64,000 nt of DNA from assembly GCA_049664225.1 (NCBI GenBank), contig JBATEX010000133.1, positions 919-64,918 on the forward strand, read 5' to 3'. Numbering within the stretch: the first letter of the stretch is position 1; each line of letters opens with the position of its first letter. Position numbers and translations under genes: made by a program. The DNA is from Thermoanaerobaculia bacterium (lineage in GTDB: Bacteria; Acidobacteriota; Thermoanaerobaculia; Multivoradales; JAHEKO01). This document shows positions 8,273 through 17,248 of the stretch, piece by piece. The notes beneath the pieces are model-generated. The model did no database searches, was not told where the DNA came from, and worked only from the letters and a program-made list of their open reading frames with translations.

Positions 8273-10654
8273 CTACTCCTCGACCAGCCGAATCGCTGCT
8301 TCGATAACTTGTTCTCTCTTGGGTAGGTAGTCGAGCTCCAGTGGAGGTGCATAGGGCACCGGGGTGTCGGGAGCGGTGACTCTGCGAATCGGCGCATCCA
8401 GGAAGTAGAAGCGTTCATCGGCGACCAACGCCGCCAGCTCTCCGGCCAGCCCACCACGGCGCGTAGCCTCGTGCACCACCAGGATCCGGCTCGTCTTCTC
8501 CACCGAATCGAAAAGCGTTTTCTCGTCCAAGGGCACAAGAGTCCGCAGATCCACGACTTCCGCATCGATTCCCTGGTCGGCCAGCGTATCGGCTGCCTGG
8601 AGAGCCGTCCACACCATCGCACCATAGGTGACGATCGTCAGATCCGATCCCCGACGCGCAACCGCGGCCTTGCCCAGCGGCACCTGATGCTCCACTCCCA
8701 GCGGCACCTCCTGTCGCAGATCGGAACGAAAGAAGCCGTAGAGCCCCTTCGACTCCAAGAAGATCACCGGATTCTCGTCTCGCACCGCGGAGATCATCAG
8801 GCCCTTGGCGTCAACGGGGTTGGAAGGAGCCACGACTTTCCAGCCCGGGGTGTGGACAAACCACATCTCCGGACATTGGCTGTGATAGGGACCTCCCCCC
8901 AGCAATGGAGACTGGGTTCCTGTCGCTCCGCCGTAGGGGAGCCGGACCACCATCGGCACGGGCCGGCCCCAACGCCAGTGAATCTTCGCCGCGTTGTTCA
9001 CCAGGGCGTTGAACGCCGGCGCCAGGAAGTCGGCAAACTGGATCTCCACGATCGGCCTCATGCCCAGCAGGGCCGCCCCGACCGCACAGCCCACGATGGC
9101 GGACTCAGCGAGTGGAGTGTTCAGGCATCGATCCTCCCCGAACCGTTTGGTCAGGCCTCTGGTGACTCCAAAGGCGCCTCCATATCGCCCACCCACGTCC
9201 TCACCCAGGACGAAGACCCCTTCGTCATCGTCCATCAACTCGGTCATTGCCTGCCGAACCGCTTCGTCGTAGGACATGGTCTTGGTCCGGGGCTCTCTCG
9301 AGATTGACGGAGAACTGGCAACGCTCGGTGCGAAGACCCGATCTCGATAGACGGCCGGCTCCGGCCATTCGGCTCTGGCGGCCTCGCCTACTGCCTCCGA
9401 TACCTGTGCTCGAGCTTCTCGCCGGAGCTCGGCCAACTCTCGCTCGGTCAGTAGACCGAGCTTGTCGAGCCTCTTGGAGTACAGCGCGATTGGGTCTACA
9501 ACCTCCCAGGCCGCCCCTTCTTCAGCGAACTCGTAGCCGGCGATCCTGGCTTCCGAGCTACCGTGGAATCGATCGTCGTCATGGTGCGCGTGACCGGCCC
9601 GGCGATAGGTAATCAGCTCGATCAGCGTCGGCCCCTGCCCCTGCCTGGCGCGCTCCGCCGCCCAGGTCACGCCGGCCGCCACTTCATCTGGATCATTGCC
9701 AAACAACGTCACACCCGGAATGCCGTAGCCAACCGCCTTGGCGGCGAACCGGCGCGCTACCGTCTGCTCAGAGACGTGGGTGCCCAGAGCCCACTGGTTG
9801 TTCTCGACCACGAAGACCATGTTCAGTTGCTTGGCGGCGGCGAAATTCACCGCCTCGTGCCACTCCCCCAGACTCGATCCGCCGTCGCCGATGAAGCTCA
9901 CGCAAACGCGATCCTCCCGTCGCGACTTGAAGGCATAGGCCATTCCCAGGAGGGTCTGGGTTGCGGTGGCCAACGGCGCCGCCGGTGGCAGGACACCCCG
10001 ATCGAAGTCCCCCAGGTGGATGTCGCGCCCATCCACGGGCGTACCTGTCTTGCCGTACTGCACCAGGAGAGGATGTAGCGGGTCGGGAAGGAACATGAGC
10101 AGAGCGCCCAGATCGCGGATCAGGGGACTGATGTAGTCCCCTCGATAAGTCTCTCCCTGCCCGTACTCGGGATAGCGCCGCAAACGGAGGGCGGAACCCA
10201 CGATGGCCTCTTGCCCCGTCGATCGAAATCCCTTCTGCGGTGATGGAAAGGACCCCCAGCGAATCTCCTTCTTGTCGAAGGCCCGCTTCAAGACTTCGTC
10301 CACCTCACGGGTCAGCAACATGGTGCGCAGCATCAGCCTGCGCTCATGCGGTGTGAGGCTCGCCTTGATACGTCGGCGATCGAAGAAGCCGCGTACCAGC
10401 GTCTCGAGGTCCCGCCTGCCCCCCGACACCGCCATCTGATGTGTCATGGCCGGGTAGAGCTCCGCGGCGGCGAAGCCGGGACCGGTCCGATAGCGCTCAG
10501 CTATGCGCCCGAGAAGCGCTTTCTCGAGGCGGTGCTCAGTCGTGACCTGCGGCAGATCTCGAATCAGAAACGGCGCTTCGAGACTCAGGAAGGCGTGCAG
10601 CTCCCGCAGCAGATCTCTAGTCAGGGGGGCCGGAGGCGAGGACGACTCGGGCAT
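8273..10654 (-). CDS. 2-oxoacid dehydrogenase E1 component, fused alpha/beta subunits (TPP-dependent)
   Basis: 793 aa. N-terminal half carries the TPP motif GDGGSSLGEWHEAVNFAA...VVENNQWA. C-terminal half is a typical E1-beta/transketolase-like Pyr plus C-terminal domain. Confidence 0.88.
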   Translation of the reverse strand: MPESSSPPAPLTRDLLRELHAFLSLEAPFLIRDLPQVTTEHRLEKALLGRIAERYRTGPGFAAAELYPAMTHQMAVSGGRRDLETLVRGFFDRRRIKASLTPHERRLMLRTMLLTREVDEVLKRAFDKKEIRWGSFPSPQKGFRSTGQEAIVGSALRLRRYPEYGQGETYRGDYISPLIRDLGALLMFLPDPLHPLLVQYGKTGTPVDGRDIHLGDFDRGVLPPAAPLATATQTLLGMAYAFKSRREDRVCVSFIGDGGSSLGEWHEAVNFAAAKQLNMVFVVENNQWALGTHVSEQTVARRFAAKAVGYGIPGVTLFGNDPDEVAAGVTWAAERARQGQGPTLIELITYRRAGHAHHDDDRFHGSSEARIAGYEFAEEGAAWEVVDPIALYSKRLDKLGLLTERELAELRREARAQVSEAVGEAARAEWPEPAVYRDRVFAPSVASSPSISREPRTKTMSYDEAVRQAMTELMDDDEGVFVLGEDVGGRYGGAFGVTRGLTKRFGEDRCLNTPLAESAIVGCAVGAALLGMRPIVEIQFADFLAPAFNALVNNAAKIHWRWGRPVPMVVRLPYGGATGTQSPLLGGGPYHSQCPEMWFVHTPGWKVVAPSNPVDAKGLMISAVRDENPVIFLESKGLYGFFRSDLRQEVPLGVEHQVPLGKAAVARRGSDLTIVTYGAMVWTALQAADTLADQGIDAEVVDLRTLVPLDEKTLFDSVEKTSRILVVHEATRRGGLAGELAALVADERFYFLDAPIRRVTAPDTPVPYAPPLELDYLPKREQVIEAAIRLVEE

Positions 10655-10751
10655 GTGGCCGGTAGTATATCCCCGCGCCGCTGCAGCGGTGGCAGAGGAG
10701 CTATTGCAGGATCTCCAGCCTCTTCAGGGTGACGGGCATAGGCGCCAAAGC

Positions 10752-10856
10752 GGTCGATCGATGAGAGATCTGGCCCCAGGGCAAAAGGCAGGTCGTGAAC
10801 CAGGGAAAGGGGATGACCGTCCGCGGCCCGGCAGCCAGATCTCTCATCGATCGACC
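10752..10856. repeat. 23-bp perfect inverted repeat (GGTCGATCGATGAGAGATCTGGC / GCCAGATCTCTCATCGATCGACC) flanking a 59-nt spacer
   Basis: Arms at 10752..10774 and 10834..10856, checked base by base. Lies in the 219-nt gap between the RND operon stop (10874) and the E1 start (10654). Confidence 0.8.
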
Positions 10857-10873
10857 AAAACTGAGCAAGCCTC

Positions 10874-13800
10874 CTAACTGGCAGATACGGCCACGGCTGG
10901 CTCTCCAGATGGCCTGTCGACGGCTGCGGAGGACTCCGGGAGCTTCCTGGAGCCTTTCCAAACCCGCTTCGCCCAATGAGCGACGCCTTCGACGCCGATC
11001 ATGACGTAAGGCAATACAAGAAGAGTCAGCACCGCCGAGGACATCAGTCCTCCCATGACCGTTCTGGCCAGCGGGTAGTAGAAGATGCCGGCGGTATTGG
11101 GGCCGCGAAGAGCCAGAGGTAGCAGACCGATGATGGTAGTCGCCGCCGTCATCAGGATCGGACGCAGTCGATCCCGCCCGGCCTGGAGGATCGCCTCGTC
11201 TCTCGACAGACCTGTGCGTCGGAGACGGTTGATGTGATCGAGCAGCACGATTCCATTGTTGACCACGATCCCCATGAGGATCAGCAGCCCGATCTGACCC
11301 ATGAGATTGAAGGTCGTGCCGGTCAAGGCCAACATCCAGGCGACTCCGGGCAAAGCGAACGGGATCGAGAAGAGGATGGCGAATGGCTGAGCGAGGGACT
11401 CGAACAACGATGCCATCACCAGATACACCAGAACCAGAGCCAACAGGAAGTTGATGCCCATTTGCGCGTTCTGATCCTGTTGCTCGATGATTCGGTCACC
11501 CCATGACCACGAGTAACCTGGTGGCAGGGCGAAGGCATCCATCAAACCAGCCATCTCCTCCTGGGTTTCCTTCCAGTTCTCTCCTTCATAGGTCCCGCGG
11601 ACGGCGACCCTGACTTTGCGATTCTCACGCACGATCTCCTTGGGCCTTGGCACTACCTCGAAACGGGCGATATCGCCCAGCACAAAGGGACTCTGGCCGT
11701 CTGCGCCCCCAATCTGGATCTGTTTGAGGTCCTCAAGGTTCTGACGGTCTTCCAATCGCAGCGCCAACCACGTGTCGACCTCGCGCTCGCCGGCATTGAA
11801 GCGCGGCAGGCGCATGGAGCCGAGACTGAACGAGAAGATGTCGGCCAGATCCTGGGCCGTCAACCCGAGACGTTGCGCCTTGTCGCGGTCGATCTTGACC
11901 TGGATCTCGCGCTGCGAGTCGCGGAAAGAGGTCCGGATGTCCTCTACCCCTTTGAGGGTTTCAACGCGCCTGGCCGCCTCGGTGGCGAAGCTCTCGAGCA
12001 CGCCGGTGTCCTGACCGAAGAACTTGACCGCGAAATAGGTCGTGTTGCCACCTTCCTCTTCATCATCGTCGAAATAGAATTCGACCCCGGCGACCTCCGG
12101 CAACGAATCCCGGACTTTCTGACGCAGTTCCTTGATGGTCTCATCGTCGAAGTCCTGACGACTCAGGACGATCGAGGTTTCAGCCCGACTCTCGGCGTAG
12201 TAGCTGTAGATGGACTCGATGAAGAACTCCTCGCGCTTCGTATCAAGGAAGGCCTCCACCTTGTCTACGACCTTCTCGGCGTCAGACTTGTAGGTGAAAT
12301 CGGCAAACTCGTAGCTCAAGAACAGTCGCTTGTTGACGCCGCCAGAAAAGATGGCGGACTCGACCATTCCCGTGAAGAAGGGCAACAGACCGATGCCGAG
12401 CGCGAGAAGTAGCAACCCGAAGGTCTTGCCTTTGTGTTGCAGGGTCCAGCCAAGCAGGGAGACATAACGATCTTCGAGCCACGTGACGGACTTGACCGGC
12501 CTGGGCTTCTTGCGGCCCAGAAAATAGGCTGACATCAGTGGAATCAGGGTCAAAGACGAGAACAGGGAGCAGGCCAATGCAATGGCGATGGCGATTCCTA
12601 TCTCACCGAGCCAGGTGGTGAGCTGGACCTTGGCACCGACGATCAGGGGCAGGAAGACGATGAGTGTGGTGAGCGTCGAGGCCGAGACCGCGACTGCCAC
12701 CTGGTCGGCTCCGATCTTGGCTGCCTTCTTTCGATCCGGTTCGGTCCTGTGGGTTCGGTCGATGGACTCCAGGACAACGACGGCGTTGTCCACCAACATC
12801 CCGACCGCCAGCATGAGACCCATCATCGACAGGACGTTGAGGCTCTTACCCATGAAATACATCAACCCGCAGGCGGCGATGATCGAAAACGGAATGGACA
12901 TGGAGACGATGAGCGTCGAGTCCAGGCGGCGCAGGAAGAAATAGAGGCTGAGCATGGCCAGCAGGGCGCCGATGTTGCCGGCCTTCAGGAGTCCCTGGAT
13001 ACCACCGGTGATCTCCTCCCCTTGGTCCTCCCAAACGAAGAGGGTCACTCCCTGCAACAAAGTGTCATTGTTGATGTCATTCTGAATGACCGCCATCACA
13101 TCCCGCACCACCTCGACCGTGTTGGCGGTGGACTCCTTGAAAACCTCCAGGGCCACCGCGAACTGGCGATCGAGATGACGCCCATGAGGATACGGCGGCT
13201 CCTCGTAGCTGAGCTCGGCGATGTCACGCACCTTCAGGCCCTGATCGTTGATGATCAGGTTGCCGATCTCCTCGACCGAGGTGAACTCACCGAGAGCCCT
13301 GGCGCTGAATCGCAACCCACCATCCTCGATCTGGCCCAATACGAGATTGGACGAGGCTCCCCGCAGCTGCGCGATCAGAGCTCCGACGTCGACATTGTGT
13401 TTCTTGACGCGGTCGAGAATCAGGTCGATGAAGATCTCTCGCGGCTCGACCCCCTCCAGCGTGACCCTGGCCACTCCTGGCACCCGTCGAATTCGGTTCA
13501 GGATCCGCGCCTCGATGAGCTCGTAGTTCTCCGACAGATCGACACCTTGGGCCGAGAGGCGGGCCTGGACGACAGGAATATCGCTGGTGTTGAAGGAGAA
13601 GATGACGACGTCCCCGATATCCGGCGGCAACTCCGGTTTGATCTGGTCCATCTTTTCGCTGACCTGCATGCGAACGATGTCCAGCTCGTTACCCCAATCG
13701 AACTCCAGGAAGAACTCAGCCTGATCGGCGCTGGCAGTGGCATTGAGTGTCTTGACCCCCGACAACGTGGACAAGACCTCTTCCACCGGCTTGATGATCT

Positions 13801-13984
13801 CCTTCTCGATCTCCTTGGGATTGGAGTTCGGGAAGGGGATCTGCACCCCGATGAAGGGGACGTCCACTTCGGGCAGGTACGCCAGCGGCAGCCGCACGAT
13901 GGCAATCCCTCCGATCACCAGCACGCTGATCAACAGCACCGCGGTGGTAATCGGCCGATTGACGGCCAGATGCGAGAACCTCAT
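10874..13984 (-). CDS. RND efflux transporter permease (AcrB/HAE1-like), second of a tandem pair
   Basis: 1036 aa, 12-TM RND architecture, typical N-terminus MRFSHLAVNRPITTAVLL. Its ATG overlaps the upstream TGA by 1 nt. Confidence 0.9.
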   Translation of the reverse strand: MRFSHLAVNRPITTAVLLISVLVIGGIAIVRLPLAYLPEVDVPFIGVQIPFPNSNPKEIEKEIIKPVEEVLSTLSGVKTLNATASADQAEFFLEFDWGNELDIVRMQVSEKMDQIKPELPPDIGDVVIFSFNTSDIPVVQARLSAQGVDLSENYELIEARILNRIRRVPGVARVTLEGVEPREIFIDLILDRVKKHNVDVGALIAQLRGASSNLVLGQIEDGGLRFSARALGEFTSVEEIGNLIINDQGLKVRDIAELSYEEPPYPHGRHLDRQFAVALEVFKESTANTVEVVRDVMAVIQNDINNDTLLQGVTLFVWEDQGEEITGGIQGLLKAGNIGALLAMLSLYFFLRRLDSTLIVSMSIPFSIIAACGLMYFMGKSLNVLSMMGLMLAVGMLVDNAVVVLESIDRTHRTEPDRKKAAKIGADQVAVAVSASTLTTLIVFLPLIVGAKVQLTTWLGEIGIAIAIALACSLFSSLTLIPLMSAYFLGRKKPRPVKSVTWLEDRYVSLLGWTLQHKGKTFGLLLLALGIGLLPFFTGMVESAIFSGGVNKRLFLSYEFADFTYKSDAEKVVDKVEAFLDTKREEFFIESIYSYYAESRAETSIVLSRQDFDDETIKELRQKVRDSLPEVAGVEFYFDDDEEEGGNTTYFAVKFFGQDTGVLESFATEAARRVETLKGVEDIRTSFRDSQREIQVKIDRDKAQRLGLTAQDLADIFSFSLGSMRLPRFNAGEREVDTWLALRLEDRQNLEDLKQIQIGGADGQSPFVLGDIARFEVVPRPKEIVRENRKVRVAVRGTYEGENWKETQEEMAGLMDAFALPPGYSWSWGDRIIEQQDQNAQMGINFLLALVLVYLVMASLFESLAQPFAILFSIPFALPGVAWMLALTGTTFNLMGQIGLLILMGIVVNNGIVLLDHINRLRRTGLSRDEAILQAGRDRLRPILMTAATTIIGLLPLALRGPNTAGIFYYPLARTVMGGLMSSAVLTLLVLPYVMIGVEGVAHWAKRVWKGSRKLPESSAAVDRPSGEPAVAVSAS

Positions 13985-16900
13985 CAGCTCGTCTCTCCAA
14001 GAGGCTGTGTCACCAGGCCATCGGCGGGGCCAGAATCTGCTGCCAGCTCTTCATGCGCTATCGGATCGGGCCTGCGGTCGACCAGGGAGTAGACCACCGG
14101 GATCACCACCAGAGTCAGCAGCGTGGCCACGCTCAGACCGCCGATTACGGTAATGGCCAGTGGCGCTCGCAGCTCCGCTCCTTCGCCGAGCCCCAGTGCC
14201 ATCGGCAGCAGACCCAGAATGGTCGTCGCCGAGGTCATGAGGATTGGCCGGAGTCGGTCACTGCCGGCACTGATCAAAGCCTCCGTTCGCCCCATGCCGG
14301 ACCGACGCCGCTGGTTGACGGCATCCACCAGCACAATCGCGTTGTTGACCACGATTCCGGCTAGCATCACCGCCCCGATCATGGCCACGATGTTGATCGT
14401 CCGACCGGTGATCGCCAGTGCCCCGATGACCCCAATGGCTCCCAGCGGCAGGGTGAAGATAATGACGAACGGGTGCAGGAACGACTCGAACTGCGAGGCC
14501 ATCACCAGGTAGACCAGAAAGATCGCCAGGGCCATGGCCATCATCAGGGAGCGCACGGCCTCGGCCCGCTCCTCCTCTTGTCCGCTCAAGGCCGCCGTAG
14601 CCCCTGGAGGCAACGGTGTCTCGGCGAGAACTGCCCGGACATCCGACGCCACCGCACCCATGTCCCGACCCGCCAGATTGCCCGAAATGACGCCGGTGCG
14701 CTTCTGGCCGATTCGCCGAATCTCGCTGGGGCCCTCGACCAAGGTCACGGCAGCCACCGACTTCAGATAGATCGGCACGGAGTCACGCTGCGCGATGATG
14801 AAGTTGTTGACGTCGCCCACCGAGGCCTGGCCCAGGTCCACGGAGCGAACGACGATGTCGATCTCCCGGTCGCCTTCGGTGAACCGGGTGGCCACATCGC
14901 CTTGCACCTTCTTGCGAAGGGTGTCTGCCACGTCACCCAGATTGAGTCCGAGCTGGGACAGCTGATTGCGGTCGAAAACGACCTGCAGCTCCGGATTGCC
15001 CAACTCGGCTGAGGACTTGACATCGACAAGACCTGGAATCTGATCGATGCGCTGCCTGAGCTCTGTCGTCGCCAGGTGCAGCTCGGTCAGGTTGTCGCTG
15101 TAGACCTCGACTTCGATCGGGGTCCTGAAGCTGAAGAAGGTCGGCCGTTCGAACTTGAAGCGCGCCAGCCCGGAGACCTCGAGACGTTCTCGCAACTCGG
15201 CAATCACGCCAGCCTCCTGCTCGGGCGATGTTCCCTGAGCCATCCGCACTTGGATTCGGCCCGCGTTCTCACCCTCGGTACCTGTGTTGGTCAGCGACAG
15301 CCCCCGCCCACCCGCCATCGAAGAGTGCGACGCGACCAGCTCGTTGCCGTCCAATACGGCTTCGGCATCCCTGATGAAGCGATCGGTGATCTCGAGCGGA
15401 GTCCCTTCCGGAAGCTCCACCATGAAGCTGAACTCGCCCTGCGAAATCGTTGGCACAAGGTCGAAGCCGAGTCGTGGGATCATCCAGATCGAAGCCGCGA
15501 AAGCCACCAGGACGATCGCCAGGACGACCATGCGCGCCTGCAAAGCGCCGCGGAGAATATGTGGATAGGCTGCCGCCGCCCATCCGAGGGCTTTGTCGAA
15601 GGCGCGTGAGAAGGGCAGCGCCAGCAGCGTCAGCCCCTTGCCGATCCAGCTCAGCACGAAGCGAACTCCTCGAATCACCAGAGACGGCAGACCGACGAAC
15701 ACCATGTGAAAGGCCCGCCGGACTCTTCCACCCTGGCCGACTGCAGCAACCGACGTGGCGCCGTCCACGCTCGGGCCGCCACCGGCCAGCGCCGACATCA
15801 TGGGAATCAAGGTCAGGGCGACGGCCAGCGAGGCGAGGAGGGCAAACGAGACCGTCAAAGCCATGTCGCGGAAGAGCTGGGCCGCGATTCCCTGCAGGAA
15901 GACCACGGGCAGGAACACCGCCACGGTGGTCAGCGTCGACGCTGCCACGGCGCGACCGACCTCCGAGGCTCCGTCGCGTGCCGCCTCGAAGGCGGAGGCT
16001 CCCGCCTCGCGGTGCTTGAAGATGGACTCCAACACCACGATGGCGTTGTCCACCAGCATCCCGACACCGAGTGCAAGCCCACCGAGAGACATGATGTTGA
16101 GAGATGTACCGGTGCGGTACATCAGGAAGAATGTGGCGACCACGGAGATGGGTATCGAGACACCGATGATCAGGGTGCTGCGAGCATCCTTGAGGAAGAA
16201 GAGCAGCACCAGAATGGCAATTCCGCCACCCAGCAGGGCATTGCTCAGGACCTCACGAATAGAAGCTTGAATGAACTTGGACTGGTCGACTCCTGTAACC
16301 ACCTCGATACCTTCGGGGAGCTCTTTCGAAATGCTCTCGAGACGACGCTCCACTGCCTTGGCCACCTGTACCGTGTTGGCGTCGCCTTCTTTGTAGATCG
16401 CCAACTCCACAGCTTCGCGGCCGTCGAATCGGGTGATGACTTCACGCTGCTTGTGGCCACGAGTCACCTCACTGACATCGGCCACCCTGACCACCCTCCC
16501 GTCCTGGGCCAGCAGGACAGTATCCATGATGTCCTCGAGATCCACGAACTCGTTGTTGGAGCGCACCAGATAGCGGGCCTCCTCCTCGTAGAGACTGCCG
16601 CCAGCCTGATTCACGTTATCTTTGAGCAGCGCCTCGTTCACCGCTTGGATACTCAGGCCCAGAAGCGCCAACTTGCCTTCGTCGACCCTGACCTGGATCT
16701 CCTCTTCGTAACCACCGTTGACTTTGATGGCGGCCACGCCTTCGGTCGATTCCAGGTCCTTCTTCAGCACCTCCTCGGCAACATAGCGAAGCTGGAAGAG
16801 GTCGTCTGTCCCCTGCATATAGAGGCGCAGAATCGGGTCGTTTGTGGGGTCGAAGCGCAGCACCACCGGTTTCGTCACGTCGCGGGGGAGCCTCACGACA

Positions 16901-17238
16901 TCGAGCTTCTGCCGCACGTCGAGCGAGGCGAAGTCCATGTTGCGGCCCCATTCGAACTCCATCGTCACCTGTGACAGGCCGGGACGTGACACGGAGGTCA
17001 AGCGCTTGACTCCAGCGACGATGCCGACCGACTCCTCGATTGGGCGCGAGACCAGGGATTCCATCTCGGCGGGCGCGGCGCCAGAGAGTTTTGTCTCCAC
17101 GGTCAGGCTGGGATACGAAAGATCCGGCAGCAGATTGATGGAAAGCCGGCTGAACGCTACGAGACCGAAGAGAACGAGGGCGACAGCTATCATGGAGACC
17201 GTCACCCGACGGTGCAGGGAGAAATCGACTAGGCGCAT
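13984..17238 (-). CDS. RND efflux transporter permease (AcrB/HAE1-like), first of a tandem pair
   Basis: About 1084 aa. Start placed at MRLVDFSLHRRVTV (ATG 17238), which matches canonical RND N-termini. The ORF-track start is 17265. Confidence 0.9.
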   Translation of the reverse strand: MRLVDFSLHRRVTVSMIAVALVLFGLVAFSRLSINLLPDLSYPSLTVETKLSGAAPAEMESLVSRPIEESVGIVAGVKRLTSVSRPGLSQVTMEFEWGRNMDFASLDVRQKLDVVRLPRDVTKPVVLRFDPTNDPILRLYMQGTDDLFQLRYVAEEVLKKDLESTEGVAAIKVNGGYEEEIQVRVDEGKLALLGLSIQAVNEALLKDNVNQAGGSLYEEEARYLVRSNNEFVDLEDIMDTVLLAQDGRVVRVADVSEVTRGHKQREVITRFDGREAVELAIYKEGDANTVQVAKAVERRLESISKELPEGIEVVTGVDQSKFIQASIREVLSNALLGGGIAILVLLFFLKDARSTLIIGVSIPISVVATFFLMYRTGTSLNIMSLGGLALGVGMLVDNAIVVLESIFKHREAGASAFEAARDGASEVGRAVAASTLTTVAVFLPVVFLQGIAAQLFRDMALTVSFALLASLAVALTLIPMMSALAGGGPSVDGATSVAAVGQGGRVRRAFHMVFVGLPSLVIRGVRFVLSWIGKGLTLLALPFSRAFDKALGWAAAAYPHILRGALQARMVVLAIVLVAFAASIWMIPRLGFDLVPTISQGEFSFMVELPEGTPLEITDRFIRDAEAVLDGNELVASHSSMAGGRGLSLTNTGTEGENAGRIQVRMAQGTSPEQEAGVIAELRERLEVSGLARFKFERPTFFSFRTPIEVEVYSDNLTELHLATTELRQRIDQIPGLVDVKSSAELGNPELQVVFDRNQLSQLGLNLGDVADTLRKKVQGDVATRFTEGDREIDIVVRSVDLGQASVGDVNNFIIAQRDSVPIYLKSVAAVTLVEGPSEIRRIGQKRTGVISGNLAGRDMGAVASDVRAVLAETPLPPGATAALSGQEEERAEAVRSLMMAMALAIFLVYLVMASQFESFLHPFVIIFTLPLGAIGVIGALAITGRTINIVAMIGAVMLAGIVVNNAIVLVDAVNQRRRSGMGRTEALISAGSDRLRPILMTSATTILGLLPMALGLGEGAELRAPLAITVIGGLSVATLLTLVVIPVVYSLVDRRPDPIAHEELAADSGPADGLVTQPLGETS

Positions 17239-17248
17239 GATGGCGGCC

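Noticed and set aside
10664-10689. CCGCTGCAGCGG palindrome (10678..10689) plus a TATACT -10-like box about 10 nt upstream of the E1 ATG, suggesting a leaderless transcript.
   Set aside because: The sequence is real, but a promoter or leaderless claim cannot be supported from one hexamer, and the true start codon and TSS are unknown. It would need TSS mapping.
12749-14092. Long antisense ORFs inside well-supported genes. Examples: 12749..14092, 15706..16974, 21159..22238, 23441..24526, 40796..42184, 49160..50179, 56334..57548, 57657..59300.
   Set aside because: Each lies opposite a CDS with strong family motifs (RND, bEBP, PDZ cluster, propeller protein, BoxB-like, E2/E3, FbaB). Their translations are low-complexity (R/G/P/H/D/L-rich), which is the expected high-GC artefact.
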